Below, in pieces: positions 36,401 to 48,839 of a stretch of DNA of 64,000 nt. Position 1 is the stretch's first letter, and the number at the start of each line of letters is the position of its first letter. The position numbers and the translations under genes are program-made. Source of the stretch: Klebsormidium nitens (taxonomy: Eukaryota; Plantae; Klebsormidiophyceae); the NCBI GenBank assembly GCA_000708835.1, contig DF237110.1:62001-126000 (forward strand), written 5' to 3'. Below the pieces are notes generated by a model. It ran no database searches and was not told the origin of the DNA. It was given only the letters and a program-made list of their open reading frames with translations.

Positions 36401-38663
36401 TCCTTCTGGAAAACCGCCCACTTTGACGCGCGCACGCAAGGTGAGAATGCGGATCTGATTTTACTGGTCGAAAGAAACTCCAGGGACTACTGTTTTGCTG
36501 GGTGGTAGATTGATGCACCGATAAGACCGACGCTAAACGGCTTTTGCTGCTGTTCAAGTCTGGAGTCAAGGCAGTGGTTATGCGAAAAAACCTTGAGGAT
36601 TTTTCGAAGAGGTTCCGTCGCCCTTACTACGTCTGAGATGTTTTCGTTGGACGAAACGGTCCATGTTGGCCTTCTGGCCCAAGCTGCATTCTACGGATGT
36701 TGTAGACCTTCTTCCATAGATACCTCCTCGGAGTCTCGGCGAACTTTAACATTCTCTCTCACGTTCAGTTCGGAAAGCAGGTTGGCGTGATGTCTTCCTT
36801 TCAATGAACGCATAAAGCACTAATTGTTGCATCAAGCGGAACTCAGCGGTCTGCCTGCGCTAGAAGTGTATCGTGGGCTTGCTTCTCTGCACAATTTTCC
36901 CGTCGGACGAACCTTTCTTTACATTTGATCGTTGGAGAAAGCCTTTTCCAACCCCCAATTTCTGGTTTTATGGAACACCCAGTAATTTCTGGCTCTGGTT
37001 GCAGCCTTCAGCAACGATGCGCATTGACTTCCCTTCTCGGTCGGTCGGTCATACACAATCCAACGCCTCTCAACTCAGGAAAACGAGCGTTCGTCACTCT
37101 CACATCCGACCCCTTCTCTCCTTGCCGCAGCCTTCAACAGCACCGCGCATGGCTCCTACAGCGAACCTCCATTGCCAAGTGTCCGTTCACATTCACAATC
37201 CAATGTCTCTCAAACCGTGGATCTCGCGGGGATCGAAGTTCCTCACTCTCATACCCGAGTCATCCGCCCCTCGCTTGCAGCCTTCAGCAACAACGCGCAC
37301 TGCTTCGCCAAGGACCCAAATTTTTCGTTTTTCGTTTTTGTTTTTGTCCCCTTTCTTTGGTTTTTCCTTCCTGACACCCACCCTGGTCTTCCGCAGATCC
37401 AAGATGTCTCGATCCAAACCCAACCCTTCTCCCCTCGCTTGCAGCCTTCAGCAACAACGCGCACTGCTTCGCCAAGGGCCTGCAGGCGGTCCTGGCGTGC
37501 GCGGAGCGCGTCGGCTTCGAGCGGCGCGAGCTGCAGTACCAGCTCGAGAACGCGCGCATCAAGATGCTGACGTCAGAAGGGGGAAACCTTGTCGAGCAGC
37601 CCACCGAGAGTGACGTGAGCTGGCTGCGCATCTGTTTATGCCATTTGTCATACGTCTGCAAGAACCGTCTGTTGCCAGTCACTCAAAATGTCCAAAGCCT
37701 GGCCTGTCAGAGGCTGTGGTAGGATCGGTCCCCAAGTCTTGTCCTGCGTTTCCTTTTCTCGATCTTTGATGACGTCAGCACTCAAACGCGCTTGTCTGGC
37801 TTCCATTCTGCTTCACATTCACATTGGTCAACGCTCTCCCAAGCCGCTCGCACAATTTGTTCTCCAGCATCGACAAGTACGCCGACCCGCATGTAACATA
37901 AGCGATCATCCGAATGTCTCTTCTGCTCATCCCACTGACGTCATCCTCGCTCGTTCAGGAGGCCTCTGACGTCAGCACGGGGAGCCCCTTGAGCGAGGTG
38001 GTGCGCGGGCAGCTGGGCAAGTACGTGGCGTTCACGGTTGCGCTCACTCTTGCGGACTGGGACGGCCACGGGGCTCCCGCCGAGATCCGGCCCGTCATGA
38101 CCAAACTCATCTTCCTGGACCAGGTAATTTCTGAAACTCTAGCAGATTTTAAAGCGAGTAGCCTTTCAAACAAATTGGCTGTTCTTTTCGGAGATCCCAT
38201 ATCCGGGACAACAGCGAAAATTCCCAATCACTTTTGGATTCTGAACCAAAAGCCGTATTGAAATGGATCGAGTATTCTTTCGAGATCGTCGGCAGCTTGT
38301 TTCTGGCGCTTGTAGGAAGGACAACGTTGAGTTGTCAGCAAAATGGCGGTCACGTGGAAATCTTTCAACGTCGGATCGGAGTGGAATCCTGCAGCTTACG
38401 CATGATGCTTGTGCTCTGATTTATGTTTGGCACACTCTTTCTGAGACCGGTTTATGACCTCTCTGTTGCTCTCCCTGCAGTTATGCGAATTGTCCCCTCA
38501 CCTTTCTCGGAGCACTCTCGAGCAGCATGTGCCTCACACGCTGCTCCGCTCTATTTATCAAGCCGAGTACACTCTACAAGCACTACCGGTAAACACGCAA
38601 GTCCCAGCAGCCGTGCAGAGTGGAAAAGGCAGCAGCATGACAGCACGTCTTGCGTCATCTTAA
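21401..38663 (+). CDS. NAP1: Nck-associated protein 1 (NAP1/NCKAP1/Hem), SCAR/WAVE regulatory complex subunit, about 23 exons
   Basis: Exon translations follow plant NAP1 in order, as recalled: LVKRFPEH..LEPWCQ (23413-23738), MEAFLDLFVAVVRVNM (about 24182-24342), LFRNECIYVHEEYAQYVLPR (about 26667-26842), SSVNLRHLE (about 29470), VDELDALL..SLKVLHFY (about 29990), VFGPYGADRL (about 34320), FSNNAHC (37445), TKLIFLDQ (about 38110), LCELSPHLSRSTLEQHVPHTLLRSIY...* (38481-38663). The 5' exon (21401-22126) is less certain. Confidence 0.9.
31005..31645 (+). repeat. Array of degenerate copies of a NAP1 acceptor junction (gcag|ATCTCGGCAGAGCGCGCC)
   Basis: Variants at about 31005, 31145, 31355, 31430 and 31525. 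The true exon starts at 31627 (ISAERAV). Confidence 0.7.
36995..37490 (+). repeat. Three degenerate copies of a NAP1 acceptor junction (gcag|CCTTCAGCAACAACGCGCACTG)
   Basis: Pseudo-exon starts at 37005, 37131 and 37281. The true start is 37445. The 37281 copy is identical to the true junction over about 45 bp. Confidence 0.9.
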
Positions 38664-39581
38664 GTATAGTGTACAAGGCGGGGAATATGAGTTGAACAGT
38701 TACAGGTATCTTTTATCTGGTTAGCAGTGGATCTGTCCGAGGTAGTTTGGAAACCTGAGATCTAGATTTAAGCGGTTTAGCGACTCGAACGCTGGTGCTT
38801 TTGCATTTTGCTGCAAACAAGCGGGCTTGCAACATACTGGTAAGATATGTAACGAATAATAGCGGCATGCCTGCAAATCCATAACGATATGTTAGCACGT
38901 TTGAAGGGCTACTGGAGCCGCAAACCTCAATCTGGAATCTGGATGCTAGCTAGAAGAGTATGATAGGAAGGTTTGTGAGAAGTTTCTGGGTCTCACTGCC
39001 TTGGTGGCCCAATATTATTTTTAGAAATTGGAGAATCTTGATGTCGTCTGAGTTATACGTCCAATTGGTCGTGCCCTCGTTGACCGCTTTGGAAGTCACT
39101 TTGTGTCCGTGCTAGTACGACTCAGCTTGCACATGATTGGTTGTAAATAATCTAGCTGCTTTACATCTTCTGCATAGGGCGATAACGCATGCATGCAGTG
39201 CAAGACCACAGGTAGGTTGCGCGACGCGGTTCTGATCCCGGATCGAACATTGATGAAGATCATATAAAGTAGCTTGCATGCATGTGCTCCGGGCCCATGC
39301 TAGATATACTATTATATATCAGCTGGCCCGATCATTACATCACATGTACAGTGATCTCTTGAACTTGCATGATTGGATCATATAATCCGATGATCCCAGT
39401 CACTGAGTCTCTCGATCATTGAACGCATTGCCAGTATTCGCTTGGAATCTAAAGTCCATGCCAGCACGCTGCAATGAAGTGGAGAAACTGTTTAACTTGT
39501 TGAATGGTGCAACTTTCCGAGTTCGTTAGACAACACTTGCGGATGCCTGAATCACGAGATTATCAGCACCGTGACTTTGCC

Positions 39582-42500
39582 TCATGCTGTCCTTCGAAGA
39601 CAAAAGAAGGACTTGATCAGCGTCTGCCCTTGCGTTTGCCCTTCCGACTTCGCTCTTCCTGCAAACTCACTCGCAGGCACGCCAGGCGAGCTCGACTTCG
39701 GCTTCTTCCCTCTTGGTCCGCTTTGTCCTGTGTTTGCAACTCGGCTCCCGCCTGGAATGGTCACTTTTCGCTTCCCCCTTGGCTTTTGGTCCGTTTTCAT
39801 CTTTGCTTGCTCTATACTTCGAAGAATGTATGCTTGCTCCCTGCTGTCAATCGCCATTATGTCAACACTAATCTCGCAGCTATGTACAGTGCATTCCGTA
39901 GACAGACCGCTCGTCGGGTGGGGACCTTCAAAGGTTTCATGGCCCTCCTCCTCTGACGCTTGGGCGCAAGGGCGCACTTCGCCATCATCTTTTCGGCCAT
40001 TGCACGTTGCAAAGTCCACATTCCCGTGATTACTCTCCTTCTCGAGCTCTGCCGTTCTGTTCCCCAATCGACCCACTTCGGTGCTTATCTTGCCGCGCTC
40101 GTCAGAAGGCAAAAGCGCGCCAGCAACAGATCTCTTCCGCGCTTCCTGCTCAACCCCTTCTGGTGCGCAATCGCAGTCCCACGCACTCTGGGAAACCGTT
40201 CCGTCACCAAGAGGACTGTCCGTCACTTTCCCCCTAGCTTCGTCCGTACACAGTTCCGCCTCACGGGCGGTTCCGCCGGAACGCAGCAGCCGGTCCACCG
40301 GAATCTCTTCCCAGGACCCCCCGTCGTCGCCGTCCTGGTGGCCAATCTGCCACGTGTCCGAAACCTCGGCCGCCGTTTCATCTGTGTCCGAACCTTCGAA
40401 ATATCCCTGCGAACTCTCATTCCCAACCCCCAGATCTCCATCCGCCCCTTGCCCCCAACACTCAGCAACTTGGCCCCCTTCATGCAAGTTTGCTTCTCTC
40501 GTCCTTCCGCCCATCCTCGATTCTGACCATTCAAAACCCCTCCCCTCCTCTGGCCCCAGCCCCTGTTTCTGGCCCCCAGAGTCTCCCCCGCACTCACTCT
40601 CCAAGAAAGGGCGGCTTATTTTCTCAAGAATTCCGTCCGAGGCTCCCCCGTTCTTAGCCGCATCACTTTCCCCACCAGTGGCAGCTTCCGCCCAGTTCTC
40701 AGTGCGTCCCTCGCAGGCCTTCTCTAAGCACTCATCTCCCAACCCCGACGCTACTTCCTGCTTACATCTTCCATCCGCGGCTCTCGCGACATCGACTGGT
40801 TGAAAGCTGCTGGTGTCTAGACCTTCTTGAAAGGCCGATTCTTGCGTCTCTTTGAACCGCGTTTCCTGGCCGTGAGACTCGAACTGCATTCCACTCTCCC
40901 CCCCTTTCACCAGGCCGTCTGTAGCACCCTCCCATAATAGGGTGTCCGATCCCCCGTCAATGCACTCTTCTTCGCCTCTCTCGGAGACCTCCTCGTCAAA
41001 CTCGCTGAACGCGGCTTCCTCATCAGGCCCCTCGCAATCCAAACCTTGGACCCCGATAAGCTCCTCAAACCCTTGGTTTTGCTCCGCAAACCCTTCCTTC
41101 CGCTCCTCAGACCCTTCTTTGAGCTCCGCAAACCCTCCCTTTCGCTGCTCAGAGCTTTCGTTTCGGTTCGCAAACCCTTCGATTAGCTCCTGATACCCTT
41201 TGTTTAGGTCCTCAGACCCTTCATTCCGCTCGGCAAACCGTTCCTTTCGCTCCTCACACGCTTCGGTTAGCTCCTCAAACCCTTCGTTTCGCTCCGCAAA
41301 CCCTTCGTCCCGCTCTGATCCGCAGCCCGCTTCATCTTCTCTCATCACCGAAGCTTCCATTACCCCCTCCGACAAAAGCTCTGATTCTCCAAATTGCGGC
41401 TCGGCCTCTCCCGCAAAGGTGACCTGGTCCTGCATCTTCGCAGACGGGCACATTCCGTTCAGACCCCTTGTCCGGAATGCGTCCGCGCTTTCGTCCGGAC
41501 GCTTGCTCGCACAAACGTCAGGGCTCTGCGTGTCCGTGGTTGGAAGGCCGGAATCTAGGCGTTTTGCGGGGCGCGGCCGGAAGAAGGCATCGATGCGGTA
41601 CCTGGAGAGAAGTACTCGTCAGCATTTGCGAGTGGTGTCCATTGTGTCACGAAGTCATGACTCTTGTGTTGGTAGTCGGAATGAGCATACGGATCTACGA
41701 AGACGAATACAAGCTGCACAGGGCAGAAACACGCTTGTCGCAAAAGATTCCACCAATAACCCTGCCAAGGACTAATTTCGATTGGTGGGTCGGGCTGCAA
41801 GCAGTCCGAAGAGTCCAGGACCGACGTCTACTTTCCAAAGAATGGTTGGAAAAGAACGCGCAAAATGCTACAATGCCAAAAACTCTCGTTGAAAGTTGGT
41901 GATGGTGCTCTGCAAGCGTACGGTCCCGTAAAATCGTTACACACAATTCAGACCCACCGGGATCCAATCCGACGGAAATTCTGCTGATGGAAGACGTACA
42001 AGCAGAGAAGCAAGGCAGAGAAGGTGAAAATCAAAAGAATGGGGAAAGAAAAAGGAAAACGCACCTATTGGCGGACAGGTCCATTAGGTCCGCAAAGCGT
42101 GCTACCAGATTGGCCGCCTTCAACCTGCAGCACACTGGACTCGTCAGACAAAATGTCACTGCAATTGTCCTCCCCCTTAGCACTCTCCGGTCTTCCAGGA
42201 TAAGGAGGAGGTCAATATTTCAATTCTGCTTTGGAGTAACGATCTTCAACCAGGATTACTATTGGTGTATGCGCTCTCTTCAGTCTGGTAATCGTGGTCG
42301 ATTCTTTGAGAACCCTTTCAGATTCTGGCCAATAAAGTCATAGAACATGGCCGTACGACTTTCAGAATCTGTGACGTCAGGCAACAACTGCAGCCCACCA
42401 CACCCGATACAACAAACTTCGAGCAAGCAATCGCGCAGCAACTGGGAGCTTTCCACAGCGTCTAGAACGTTCGAGGACAGAGAAAGCGGGAAAAGAAGCG

Positions 42501-45500
42501 GAGCCGAAACTGCTGGGGCTCTCACTTGGTGTCCGCATTAACGGTGGGGATGATCTTGCGGGGCCGGAGGGCCGCAATGCACGCGCGCAGGTCGTCGAAG
42601 CTCGAGTGCTCCTGCAGTTGGTATGAGTTGCTTACGTCACTTCGTATAGGAAGTTATTCAGGCAGTGGTGCTTTGACAAAGACTACCCTTTTTTGCAAAG
42701 ACGAACCGGACACTCAGGCAGTTCACTGAAGTAGGTGCCTGGAGTAAGTAAGGCTATGCGGAATTCGTGTGAACGAATTCCGCTGCTGGGAGTTCGTTCA
42801 GATGAGTCAGGCGCTGACGGAGATTGTCAAAACGCGTGCCGTCTTCAAAGTTATTTTCAGGTGCCCTGACGAAGGATGGTCAACGAAGTCGTGGAACCGA
42901 GCCCGGTGAGGGTCTCATCCCGCAAGATACTCAGCTTTCAGACCCTGACCGATGCGGTGAGCCGACACGATGCATAATAGTCCTCTGGCTGACGAACACT
43001 CGAGCTTCGCAGTCATTTCTGCCATGGCTCCCAAGCAGAATCAGTGATTTGAATTCGAATCTAGCGTAAGAGAATCAAGAACCCTGAGACTGGCACCGGC
43101 ACCAAGCTGCTGTAGTCTAGCCACACGCTTGTGCGCCAGAAACGCGTGACCATCTGACGTGCGTCACCTGGTGCGCACTTTTGGGAATTCTCCTAAGAAA
43201 TCTATTATACTTAAGTCACATGCGAACGATGGAAAACCTAGACCTGAACATTCACTTGCACCGCAACCGTGCCCACCCTTTACCCCCTTACTAACCCTGA
43301 CAATCCCAGGCTGGACAGTCATTGTATGTTAAGCTGAATAAAGGCAATTCCGAGACCAATAAGTGCTGGGGCCTCACCGAGTAGGGCACTCCATACACGG
43401 TGGCCAGCCCCTGCTTGGTGGTGTGCACACCGTCCTTTCGGAAACTCCACCCCGTCGGCTGCGCACGACAAACAGAAAAACTTCTGCTTCTTCGTGTATT
43501 GAGCATCGGGAATCAACTCTCCAGGCTTTCTGGCAGCAACCCGAGAGACTCGTTCAGTCAGTATATTACTTGGGCTTCGGATCGATCAAGGTCTGAACAC
43601 TTTTTTAGAGACTACATGGCTTGCTTTCCCCCCCGGCTACTGGGTTGCAAACGCCGACCCTTTTTTCCTGAGAGCTGCATTGAGTGGTCTCAGGGGCCTG
43701 CTGATACGAGCTTGAGGGAAGCTCAAAAAAGGTTCAGTGCTTTTGCGGCAGGACACTGCTTGGGTAAGATGCTGACACAAGGCTTTTACGAACTCATATG
43801 CGGATTTTATTTGGAAACTGTCAGCCTCGTGCAGGAACCGAGCGCAGGCACAATCGAGCAGGGTTGGCCTTGACACGATGCACAAACAAAACGGAAGCGG
43901 AGAGACGGAGCACTCTTTTGGCTGCAAGCAACGGAAGCCCTGCCAACGAAAGAGAGAAGAGGGTTGTTGGGTTTTCGCGTTTGAAGGTTGAAAGATTCTC
44001 GGATTTCAGTTTCGATGGATTTGATTTTGAGGGATTTATCAAGAGCAATGAGAAGTTAAAATCTCGGATTGCGGAAACTAGAGGGGAGGGCTTCGTCAGC
44101 TCACTCTGAAGCCGATGACCTGGGCCCACTTGCCGCCGCCCTCCTTCAAACGGCGCAGCATAGCCGGTGGGCGAACCTCCGACATGAAGCCTCTGCGGGG
44201 CGCGGTAAAAGCGGGGTAAGACGCGTGGCGACGTTCTGAAAGTGGTCAATTTGGCACGTCAGAATCGTTGCAAATCGGCCCGCAAACGTCGATGGGCGAC
44301 TTGCCGAGTCAAAAGTGCTACAAAATGGCCCGCTGAAGACTCTCTCAAATCCTGGTTCTTCTCCCAAGATAGACGCAACCGACCCCCAAAAACGGCCAGT
44401 TAGCGTATCCAGGAATCCTCAAGCAGATTCGCGGCCTTACAAGGAAGGGATCGGTCAGTCTTGATTCTCTCCTTTACCATGTCTAGCCAGTATGAGAAAA
44501 AAAACAGATATCGAAGCCCAATCTCTGTCTTGATTCTCCCCTTCACCAAATCTAGTCTGTCAGAGACTCAAGCCGGAGATCGAAGCCCAGTTCCTTGCAG
44601 CCTCACAGGTGAATGTCTGCATCGGCCGCGTTCGGTGTGAAAAGGTCCATATCTTGCAGGTCCAGCAGAGAGAGGATGCGCCGCTTGCGCGGCTCGATGT
44701 GCACCCGCAAGCCGAGCGCCTTCGCGGCACCGATCACCGCGCGCTCCTTGCCGATCTGGTACGCTCCAAACACGAACAGCGGCCGCGCCTCGTCCAACAG
44801 ATGCTTCCGGCACTGCGGCAGTGAGGAAAAACCGTTGATTCAAACCTGAGATTGAACATTATGAAAAAACGGGCTCGTATTTGGCAGGAGATTAGAAGAT
44901 ACGGGAAACTTGAAAGAAACTTGACCGTCCTTCTCAACGGAACGACAGCGGAGCTGTTTCAAATCCCAACGGCTGCAACAATGTTTCCGCTGGTTGCGTA
45001 GCCCGCGACGCAAGCATTTTCAAAGAAATCCGGGAAAACATTGTTTCAGAGAAGCAAAAGCGTGACAAGACACACCGAGTCTGTCGACACACCGTACACG
45101 GATCACCAGAACGTCGGGGAGTCAGGCTGTTAGCATCTCGGGGCTTAGAGCTACTCAGCCAAGGCAGAGATTAAAATGGTCAAAATCGTGATAGCTCCTG
45201 AAAGGCCTTCGGGGAGCGAGCTGGAAAGGAGCGGGGGACGCACCAGTCTCACGGTTGTCGCGATGGCGTCTTCTTGCGATGGGAAGGTGTGGCGGGGGTA
45301 GGCGTACCTGCACAATCACAATACGTCGGGATGTAATGCTAATGAGATGCTGATGTCATGCTCCACGTTCTGACGAGTGTCCTGTCTGCCGTGAGTGTGA
45401 GCAAGCAACTGAAGATGATTGACGTTTAGGCTCTCTCAAGTACCTTCTTCACAGGTTAAGCACAACTCGAAGCACAAGAAAGCAACCTTGTCGTTCTATT

Positions 45501-47627
45501 GCAGCGAACAAGGAGCTCAAAGGAAGATAAAGTCAATACTGTGACAGGTGGGTTTACTGGGGGGTTAGAGTATGTCCGTATGCAGAGCGAGCAATCTTCT
45601 GCGTTAGATTGCTAGGTCAAGGGCTCACGTTCACAAAGCATTTGCTCACAGAATCGAGAAGTACAATTTCGTCCGATCGGGTTATGAAGCGTTTGGGTGC
45701 TCACGTGGTGTCCAGATATATGGTGTCAATGAGCGTGTTGCGCAGGCTGGGGTAGTCTGCCATGCGCTCGTGGTATCGAAAGTCTCCCGTGTGCAGGATT
45801 ACCTGCGCCGGCCGCCCCCCGTGACCAGGTACCTGTTTGAAGGGACGCAATAAGGTTACGAAAATGAGCAGCTCTCTACGTACGAACGATATGGCGCCGC
45901 CCGGCGCAGTCAAGCAAACATGTAAATGTAAGAAGGAAGGTTTGAGGCAAAAAACGAATCAGAAGATGAAGGTTCTGAACCGGCATGTCAGCTGATTGGA
46001 TCCAAACAACTTGACCCGTGCGTTGCATGACAAGAGTGCTTCCGCCACCTTGCACAACCTCATGACATTGTACGGTTCTACCCTTGTTGTGCGTCCGTAG
46101 CGAGTCTTGCAAGGTTCGTTTGAGAGGCAGTAATGACATCTAGGAGACGGTACTATCGTTGAAAAGAGAGACAGGACGGTGGAAGAGGGTCTGCAGTTGA
46201 CCAGTCCAAGAGGAAGATTGATCCCTTCTCTTGGAAGTCTGATATCCAGAATTCCTCAAGGTGCCACCTTGATACCAAAGTAGTTACCCTTCGGCTGGGT
46301 GGCCTTACTTGAAACCCTGCTAATGTAAGATTCTGATTGGTCTGTACTCACCGCTGAACATCCAAAAGAGGCTTGGGGGATCATATCAAAGTCACCAGCG
46401 ACGAGTACATTGTGAGCATACTTTAGATAAAAACCCAGTGGAAAATATAAGAGATACACGTGATCTTTTTCAAATGCCGCCAGCCCTTCACAGTACGAGC
46501 GGAACAGACAGAGGCTTCCCACCTTGAAAAGGAGCATGACAGATCCGGGGCAGTGGTTCGCATCCAGTGCGGTGACTTCCACCCCATCGATCGTCACTGT
46601 TTTGTCCATAGGCAGAACCTGGATGCAGTCCGATCGCAGCCCCATGCAGTTGATCAGCAGCGCGGCAGTGATGCGCGAGCAAAAGATGGTCCCCGAATTG
46701 AAGGATCGGTAGAGACCAATCTGGAATGACGGGAAGACGGGGCTTACAATCATGACTGTCCCGGGGCTTAAGCGACTGGACTGGCTTGGCTCGAGGAACT
46801 TCTTGCAATTGCAAGAGGACTGTCGCCTTTCAACTTGTGTAGCTGCAAATCATGCTCTTTAAGCGAAAGAGCTTCAAGATCACGAAATGCCGGTGGCGGA
46901 GCTCAACTGACTAGACTGGCTTGGCTTGAGAATCTTCATGAAGTCGTCATGAGGACTGTCGCCCTTACATACTCTGTAGCTGTAAATGGTGCTCTTTGGG
47001 CAAAGAGCTTCAAGTGAAACATATCAGGTATGGGGTTTTTGGAATGGGGCCTGCTAGAAAAGGGAAATTTTGAGGACATTTTCAGGAGGGCTTCAAGTGA
47101 AACACATCGGATATGACAGTCAACGGGGCCTCCAAAAGGGGGCCACAACAGTATTGGAGAATTTCGATCGCTGAACTAATATTCTTCATACTGAGAAGCT
47201 TTGGAGAAGAAAACATGCTGGGCTGATGAAGTAAGGTCCACTCACCGTATGATCACTGTGAAAGTGGGTCAGAAAGTAGCGCCGGCAGCGCAGGTTCTGA
47301 AACTTGAAACCATCCACCTGCAAGAGTCAACGTTTCCGAAATTTGTTTAATTCAACGGCCCCACGCGCTGCAACAGAATTGGCATCGGAAGCCATTGATT
47401 GGCAACTTGAAGAGCTCCTTGAACTGGAGGCAGCAAGCCAAACAACTAGAAGTTCCTGCTACAAAATTGGCAGAAATAACCAACAAAACATGAGCTCCAA
47501 AAAGGTTGTGAACTGACCCAATCCTGGTGTTCGCATTCAGGAATGGAAGAACGCAAAGAAGAGCTTCTGTTCTTACCATGAAGTCCGTTCCTGCGATCCA
47601 TTTGATGGCTTCTTGCTGCAACGCCAT
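39582..47627 (-). CDS. SNM1: SNM1/PSO2 (DCLRE1A-like) metallo-beta-lactamase/beta-CASP DNA cross-link repair nuclease with long acidic C-terminal tail
   Basis: Exons give MALQQEAIKWIAGTDFM|VDGF..YFLTHFHSDHT (HxHxDH, about 47250), DANHCPGSVMLLF (about 46530), ILHTGDFRY..IYLDTT (about 45705-45810), FGAYQIGKER (about 44770), VIGFR|PTGW, YGVPYS|EHSSFDDL..IIPTVN (about 43380 and 42600). The final exon (about 41600-39582) ends QTLIKSFFCLRRTA*. Confidence 0.92.
41058..41312 (-). repeat. Coding tandem repeat, about 12 x 21 bp (heptad EGFAERN/EGFEELx-like) in the SNM1 tail
   Basis: EGFAERN EGFEELT EACEERK ERFAERN EGSEDLN KGYQELI EGFANRN ESSEQRK GGFAELK EGSEERK EGFAEQN QGFEELI. Confidence 0.85.
44458..44597. 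repeat. Intronic tandem duplication of about 70 bp in SNM1
   Basis: GTCTTGATTCTC(T/C)CCTT(T/C)ACCA..TCTAG..GA(T)ATCGAAGCCCA occurs twice in series. Confidence 0.7.
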
Positions 47628-48839
47628 GGCTACTGAAAATCACCAGCTTAAAAGCAGCTTCGCAATCTCAGTTCAACCCCAGCAGCGATGGCCATGATCG
47701 TAATGCTCTTTGTTGTATTCTCGGGCTTGAAGGTTCGTTATCGAGCGCTATAACCTCTGTCAGCCAGCTTGCTGTACATGTTGTAAAGCTACGAACAAGA
47801 GCACGATCAACAGCAGAGGTGGACAGACCGCCCTCCACATACTTCTGCCCTTTCTCTCCCTACAGAACTTCAGAAGCGCCATTGGCAGTGGCATCCCGCC
47901 CACCTGCCCACCGCCTGACCGAGCTTCCTGACGGTTGACTCTGATGTCACGATGCAGAATATTGCGACCGGGGATTAGCTGGGTCGATTAGAATTTAGGG
48001 AGGGCCCGGTCTAGTTCTCAGGCATTGACAAATTGGCATTGAGAGTTCGCGGGTTCAAATCTTGGCTGCGACTGGCTGCGACGCCTGTTGCATGCTTGAA
48101 TCTTTCTATGGCGATCCAGCTGCTGAACCTGAGTCTCCGATCTGCGCTAGACAAAAAGTTGTGTAACAAGGAGTCCGGGCAAAAGGGGTTGCAATACAAA
48201 ACGCCTCAAATAGTTCAGATGTTTGTAATGTGCATGAGGCTTTCCTCTTTTCCTTCTAGCGTCCGAAGCGCGCGGCTCTCTGAGGCTCGGGGCCGCAAAG
48301 TTTTATCCCGCACATTGTCGAACAGCCACCGTTGTGCAATCTGTACTACATGTACACGAGAGCTCTGAAGTTGGCGCCGGACAGGCCGCGCGACGGTCGG
48401 CAGACTCTGGCGGCCGTGTGCACAGATTACTATGATGACGCCTCATGAATTCCGCTTGCAAGCTCACGAGCTGGCAGCCAAGTTCGGCTTGCATATATAA
48501 TCGTGTTTATCGCATGCTGCTTGATTCATGCACCGCCTGCCAGCACGTATCAATTGTTGTGATAGTCCTACCAAACTCCAGTGATCGTAGCTACTTGTGA
48601 CTGAAATCGTCGATGCATCGTGGGTACATTGACAGACTTACAAATGCTATTTATCCAATGTGGGACCAATATTGGACCAATTAATTTGCCAGGCCGGGCG
48701 CCAAGTTGGTTCAATCACCGCTTGCAGCAAGTCGTTGGGGCAAGCCGAGCAATAATACATAGGGGCATGACACGCGCATGACACAATCGACCATAGACGG
48801 GCATGCGGGATACTCTAACTTTCCGTCTTCAGTTCGGGC

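Noticed and set aside
39250-39410. Possible C/D-box snoRNA (TGATGA ... CTGA)
   Set aside because: No terminal stem or recognisable rRNA guide; short boxes occur by chance.
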